A stretch of 64,000 nt of DNA from Diadema antillarum (Eukaryota): contig NW_027271016.1 in the NCBI RefSeq assembly GCF_040938485.1, forward strand, positions 1,844,436-1,908,435, written 5' to 3'. How positions within the stretch are numbered: the stretch's first letter is position 1; each line of letters opens with the position of its first letter. Positions 60,355-64,000 of the stretch are shown here, in pieces. Under the pieces are notes generated by a model. It was not told the DNA's origin, did not search any database, and worked only from the letters and a program-made list of their open reading frames with translations. The position numbers and the translations under genes are program-made.

Positions 60355-63300
60355 ATGGGACCAAAGTGACACACCCATTCAAGCAGACACACCCATTCAA
60401 ACACATCTCAAGATGGAATGTGATGCTGAACGTTGTGATTCATCACATGCAGGCAGTGCAGTAGCCAATGCAACTCCTGGTGGAAGCTTGCCAGCGGCAG
60501 TCACTATACAGCATATGGAAGTAGATAGCAATTCTTGTCAGGTTTCCCATGGTTCAGGGACTGACTTGGAGAAGGATGGAACATCATTTGCTTCAGAAGT
60601 TGAGCAGGATAGAAATGTAGTGCCAGAATGCAATGTCCCAGACAAAAGGGAAAGCCAGACAGCAACTGTCGAGGAGCAGGATCAAGTAGGGTCTGGGCAT
60701 TCAAACTCTGCTCTATTGGACACTGTTGAAGAGGGAATGGACACAGGAGGTGATTTTCCCAGTCTGTCTCATGAAAACAGTGAACAAACAGTTTGCGATA
60801 CAGAGAGAAATCTTGCAATTTCAAGTAGTGTTGAGGAAGCCACAGAGCAAATGGAGGTAAGTTCCACTTCCATTGGAGAGCAACCAACATGTTTGCAGCT
60901 GACCACAGCTGATGGATGTTCTGAGATAACAGTGACTGCAGAGGCAAAGCTTGTTAGTGAAGAAACAGCAACTGATGTGGTAGTGAGTGTTTCACCTGGT
61001 AAAGAAACTGGAATGGCGAAAAGTGTGCTCGTAGAAAGCTCATTGTTAAGTTCCTGTTTGAAGGTGAAAGGACATGGAGGTTTGGATACTGCAACTGAGT
61101 CTCTCAAAGGAGCAAGCAGTGTTCCACCAGCAGAACTTGCAGAACAAGAAGTCGAGAACTTGCAGCCAGGTGATGATGGGTCTGCAGAATGCATATCTTC
61201 TGCCAGGAGTGTTGATACTTGTAAGGTAGTGACGGACAAGATCCAAAGCATAAACAACTCAAATAAAGAAAGAGTGCTGCATGACCCAAACTTTGACGGG
61301 GAGTGCAGTTCAGCAGAGAAAGCAAGTGGTGCTACTTCATACACAGCTCAGACAATACATCCTTCCCAGGCCAATGGAGGAAAGAGTGATAAACTTGTAG
61401 AGCACACAGAGTGTCCAAAAGAAAGAGAAGCAAGTGATGAGGAAGTATCATGTGAAACACCCCAGAACCTTGATATGGCGCATGAACCATTGGTTATACC
61501 AACAAACACGAGTGCTGGAGCAAATGTTTTTGCAACCGAGAATGTTGGCCCTTGCTCAGAACTACCAAGCTTGAGATTAGTGAGCTCATTTGAAAAACCA
61601 TGTGTGTCAAACATTTATGAAGCAGGACCATCACAGGCCTTACTTGTGCCAGAGACAGACTTGCAAAATGATCATAAACCACATACATCGATAGAGATGG
61701 AAGCTACAAAACCGCAAGGGGTGGAAAATAGTTGTGAACTTGATACTCAATGCAGGGGAGCTATTGTCCCCAATAATGCAACAAAAGAAAAGTCTTTCAG
61801 TGCAAACCCATTAAGATCAGATACTGCAGTTATTGCTAATGATACCATCCCAGAAAAAGATGAAAGCGTGTCTGAAACTGCACTGGCCTGGAAAGGAGAA
61901 AAACAAGAAACACCAAAGACTGTAGAATCAGGGGAAAATACAGTGAAAACTGATCTTGTCGCCAGTGAAAACATGGACATAGAAGAATGCCCCAACAACA
62001 GAAAAGAATATGCCCCAGAGGTAGCTGCTGGTAATTGTGGGAGAGGATATACTACAAGTGGCAATCAGGTAGATGAAAGTTACTTGGCAAAAATGGAAGT
62101 GACTGAGTCAGAGAAGGATGATTATATCATCGATGTGAGTCAAGAAATGGGGGAGAGATCAATTCAAGAGGTACCAGCGGTTAGCAGTTCTGCACCAGGT
62201 AAACAGAATATGGTGGAGGTTTCAGTCAGTGAAAAGGATATGACTGACACAGCATTAGAGAATATGTGCTGTAACTCTTTTGAAAAAGAAATTGATAAGG
62301 AAGAAACAAAGGACATTGACTCAGAGAATAATAAAGCTGCCACCCCTACTCTAATCCCTGACATTCCACACAGTGCTGACAAGATATGTGAAGAATCAAA
62401 CGAAGACATTCCACTGCAAGAGAAAATGGATAGCCTGCCACTCAGTTCCAAAGTTGCTGGCTCACCAGAAATAATTCCACCTGGTTGTGCATCATCTACT
62501 CCCACCCCACCAGAACTGCAAAGGGACATGCAAGATGAGAGATTGCATGGGGATGAATTTGCCCCAGGAGCATTGATAGAGTCACCAGACAAACCTGAGG
62601 GAGAGTCACAGGAGATGGAACAGAGCCCATCCTGTCCAGAAGCTGATGGTACAGGATTTGCAGAAGGAACATCAAATGGTGCAGGATTTATAGAAGGAAC
62701 ATCAGATGGCACAGAAAAAACTGAGTCAGCGCACACAGGATGGAGTGCAGGAAATGAAAATGAAAGATGTCCAGAAATGCCAACATCCAGAGTTTTAAGC
62801 ACTCCAAACAGCCCACCCTCAGAACTCCAAAGAACCTCTACAGGAGACAAGACAGTGGAGGAAGTTAAAACAATGAATTATGACACATGCACCGATTTGC
62901 CTAGCGTAGCAGCCCCGGCAGGGGACAGAGATGTGGAGTCACGATCACATCCCGATCCTCCTGTCCTAGCTCCAGAGACGATAAGAGGTGGAACATCTTC
63001 TTCCTGTGAAATTTCGGCTGATGAACCAATGGAATGCACTCCTGGCTTGCAGGACAGCACACCAGAAGAGGCTCCTGAAGACTCTCCTGATGAAGTAACA
63101 ATACCACGGCTAGAAGCAGAAACAAAAAAGACTCAGAATGACTCTCCTGAGGATAGTAAAATCGTAAATGATGATACAGAAATGCTGGAACAATGTGCAA
63201 GGGATGGAACAGCAGTAGCAGTACATGAACCTGTATTGAGCCAAAGTGGTGCAGAAAGAATTCAAAGGGATCAAGACAATGCAGCTCAGCATTATGAGAG

Positions 63301-64000
63301 TGTCAGTTCAGTGCCTGAAATGGTCAGTGAGAGTCAAGAGAGGGTCGAGCCAAGCAGTAAAATCATAACTACACAGTTCACCGGAAGCTCCGAGCGCCAG
63401 AGTGAAACATTGCCCAAGTCAAAATTATCTGAAATGATGACAAGAGAGGATATAGAGCAAGAGATGGAGCTATCTCATGAAGAAATCCCTTCACAATTGG
63501 TGGATGTTTCAAAGAAAGATGTGGACAATGATAATAGTCAAAATTCTGAAAATGAAGTCTCAGATTTTGAGGCAGTTAGGCCTGGAGAAAGAATTGCTGA
63601 AAACCTTGGAAACACAACTGTGCTTTCTGCTCAACAAGAGGAGATGCAACTTAGTTCTGAAATATCTGATGAGACAAGAAAGGTGGATGAACAGAGTATT
63701 AGCAATAAAATTGATATTTGTGAAGACAAGTCTCAAACATTAGATGCTGTAACAGAAAATGAGAATGATGAAGACAGAGCTGAGCAAGGAGAAAAGTTTG
63801 ACTCCTCATCCAATCTGTCAAAGCATCCTGTTAGTGATGGTGATGTTGCATTCTTAACTTGTGTAGAAGTTGAACATCCTAGTGATGTTGACGAAGAAAT
63901 GCAATCTTGGACAGAGACTTGTGAAAGCAAACCTCAAGTGTCAGAAACTGCAACAGAAAATGAGAATGATCAAAATAGAGATGAGCAAGTAGAAAAGTTG
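60355..64000 (+). CDS. Very large coding exon (at least 1215 codons, open at the window end) of an unidentified gene encoding an acidic Ser/Glu/Thr/Asp-rich low-complexity protein
   Basis: Strong acceptor tttttttctttctttcatcatcag|ATGGGACC at 60353..60354. A single frame then runs without a stop from 60355 to 64000: ..WDQSDTPIQADTPIQTHLKMECDAERCDSSHAGSAVANATPGGSLPAAVTIQHMEVDSNSCQVSHGSGTDLEKDGTSFASEVEQDRNVVPECNVPDKRESQTATVEEQDQVGSG ... TENENDEDRAEQGEKFDSSSNLSKHPVSDGDVAFLTCVEVEHPSDVDEEMQSWTETCESKPQVSETATENENDQNRDEQVEKL. The last ~250 nt show the start of a tandem protein repeat. The supplied ORF track lists only antisense ORFs here (60504..63930, minus), as expected for a purine-rich sense strand, and lacks this frame because it has no in-window stop. 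Confidence 0.75.

Noticed and set aside
60504-63930. Series of minus-strand ORFs (up to 228 aa) listed in the track
   Set aside because: They are antisense to the purine-rich giant plus-strand exon. A pyrimidine-rich antisense strand lacks stop codons by composition alone. The products are Ser/Cys/Leu-rich nonsense with no splice support.
1-64000. Prokaryotic operon or defence-island interpretation of the window
   Set aside because: The long ORFs resolve into spliced exons with GT-AG introns. Microsatellites, LINEs with YADD reverse-transcriptase motifs and metazoan genes (ASIC-like, PARP4) are present. No contiguous bacterial-style gene cluster exists.

Overview
Eukaryotic (metazoan) genomic DNA, not prokaryotic: it has GT-AG introns with polypyrimidine tracts, dense microsatellites, LINE fragments, MITE/foldback elements and satellite arrays. 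My guess at the host is a marine invertebrate, possibly an echinoderm, because the foldback elements with tandem subrepeats recall sea-urchin TU elements. I could run no search, so that guess is low-confidence.

Three protein-coding loci are supported.

(1) 1366..9560 (+): the 3' half of an acid-sensing ion channel / ENaC-degenerin family gene. Five phase-consistent exons cover the palm and thumb Cys-rich region, the EALNYETIE motif, TM2 (GGNMGLFLGASALTV) and a short C-tail ending at a TGA stop (9558..9560).

(2) 14213..~47302 (-): an essentially complete PARP4 (vault poly-ADP-ribose polymerase) ortholog of about 27 exons. It encodes BRCT, the PARP helical and catalytic domains, VIT, vWA, a 422-codon proline-rich exon and an MVP-interaction-like C-terminus. 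Splice phases are consistent across the whole chain from exon 2 to the stop.

(3) 60355..64000 (+): a single exon of at least 3.6 kb, preceded by a strong acceptor and still open at the window end. It encodes an acidic S/E/T/D-rich low-complexity protein with the beginning of a tandem protein repeat. It is absent from the supplied ORF track, which lists only its antisense ORFs.

The rest of the window is repeat-rich. It holds two LINE fragments, several hairpin/foldback elements, a TGAGTCA-dense composite element, a 277-bp satellite inside a larger inverted structure, long G/C homopolymers with a shared flanking motif, two copies of an unnamed dispersed repeat, and CpG-rich blocks that may be promoters. 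No prokaryote-style defence system or CRISPR array is present.

Exon coordinates were derived by hand and may be off by 1-2 nt.
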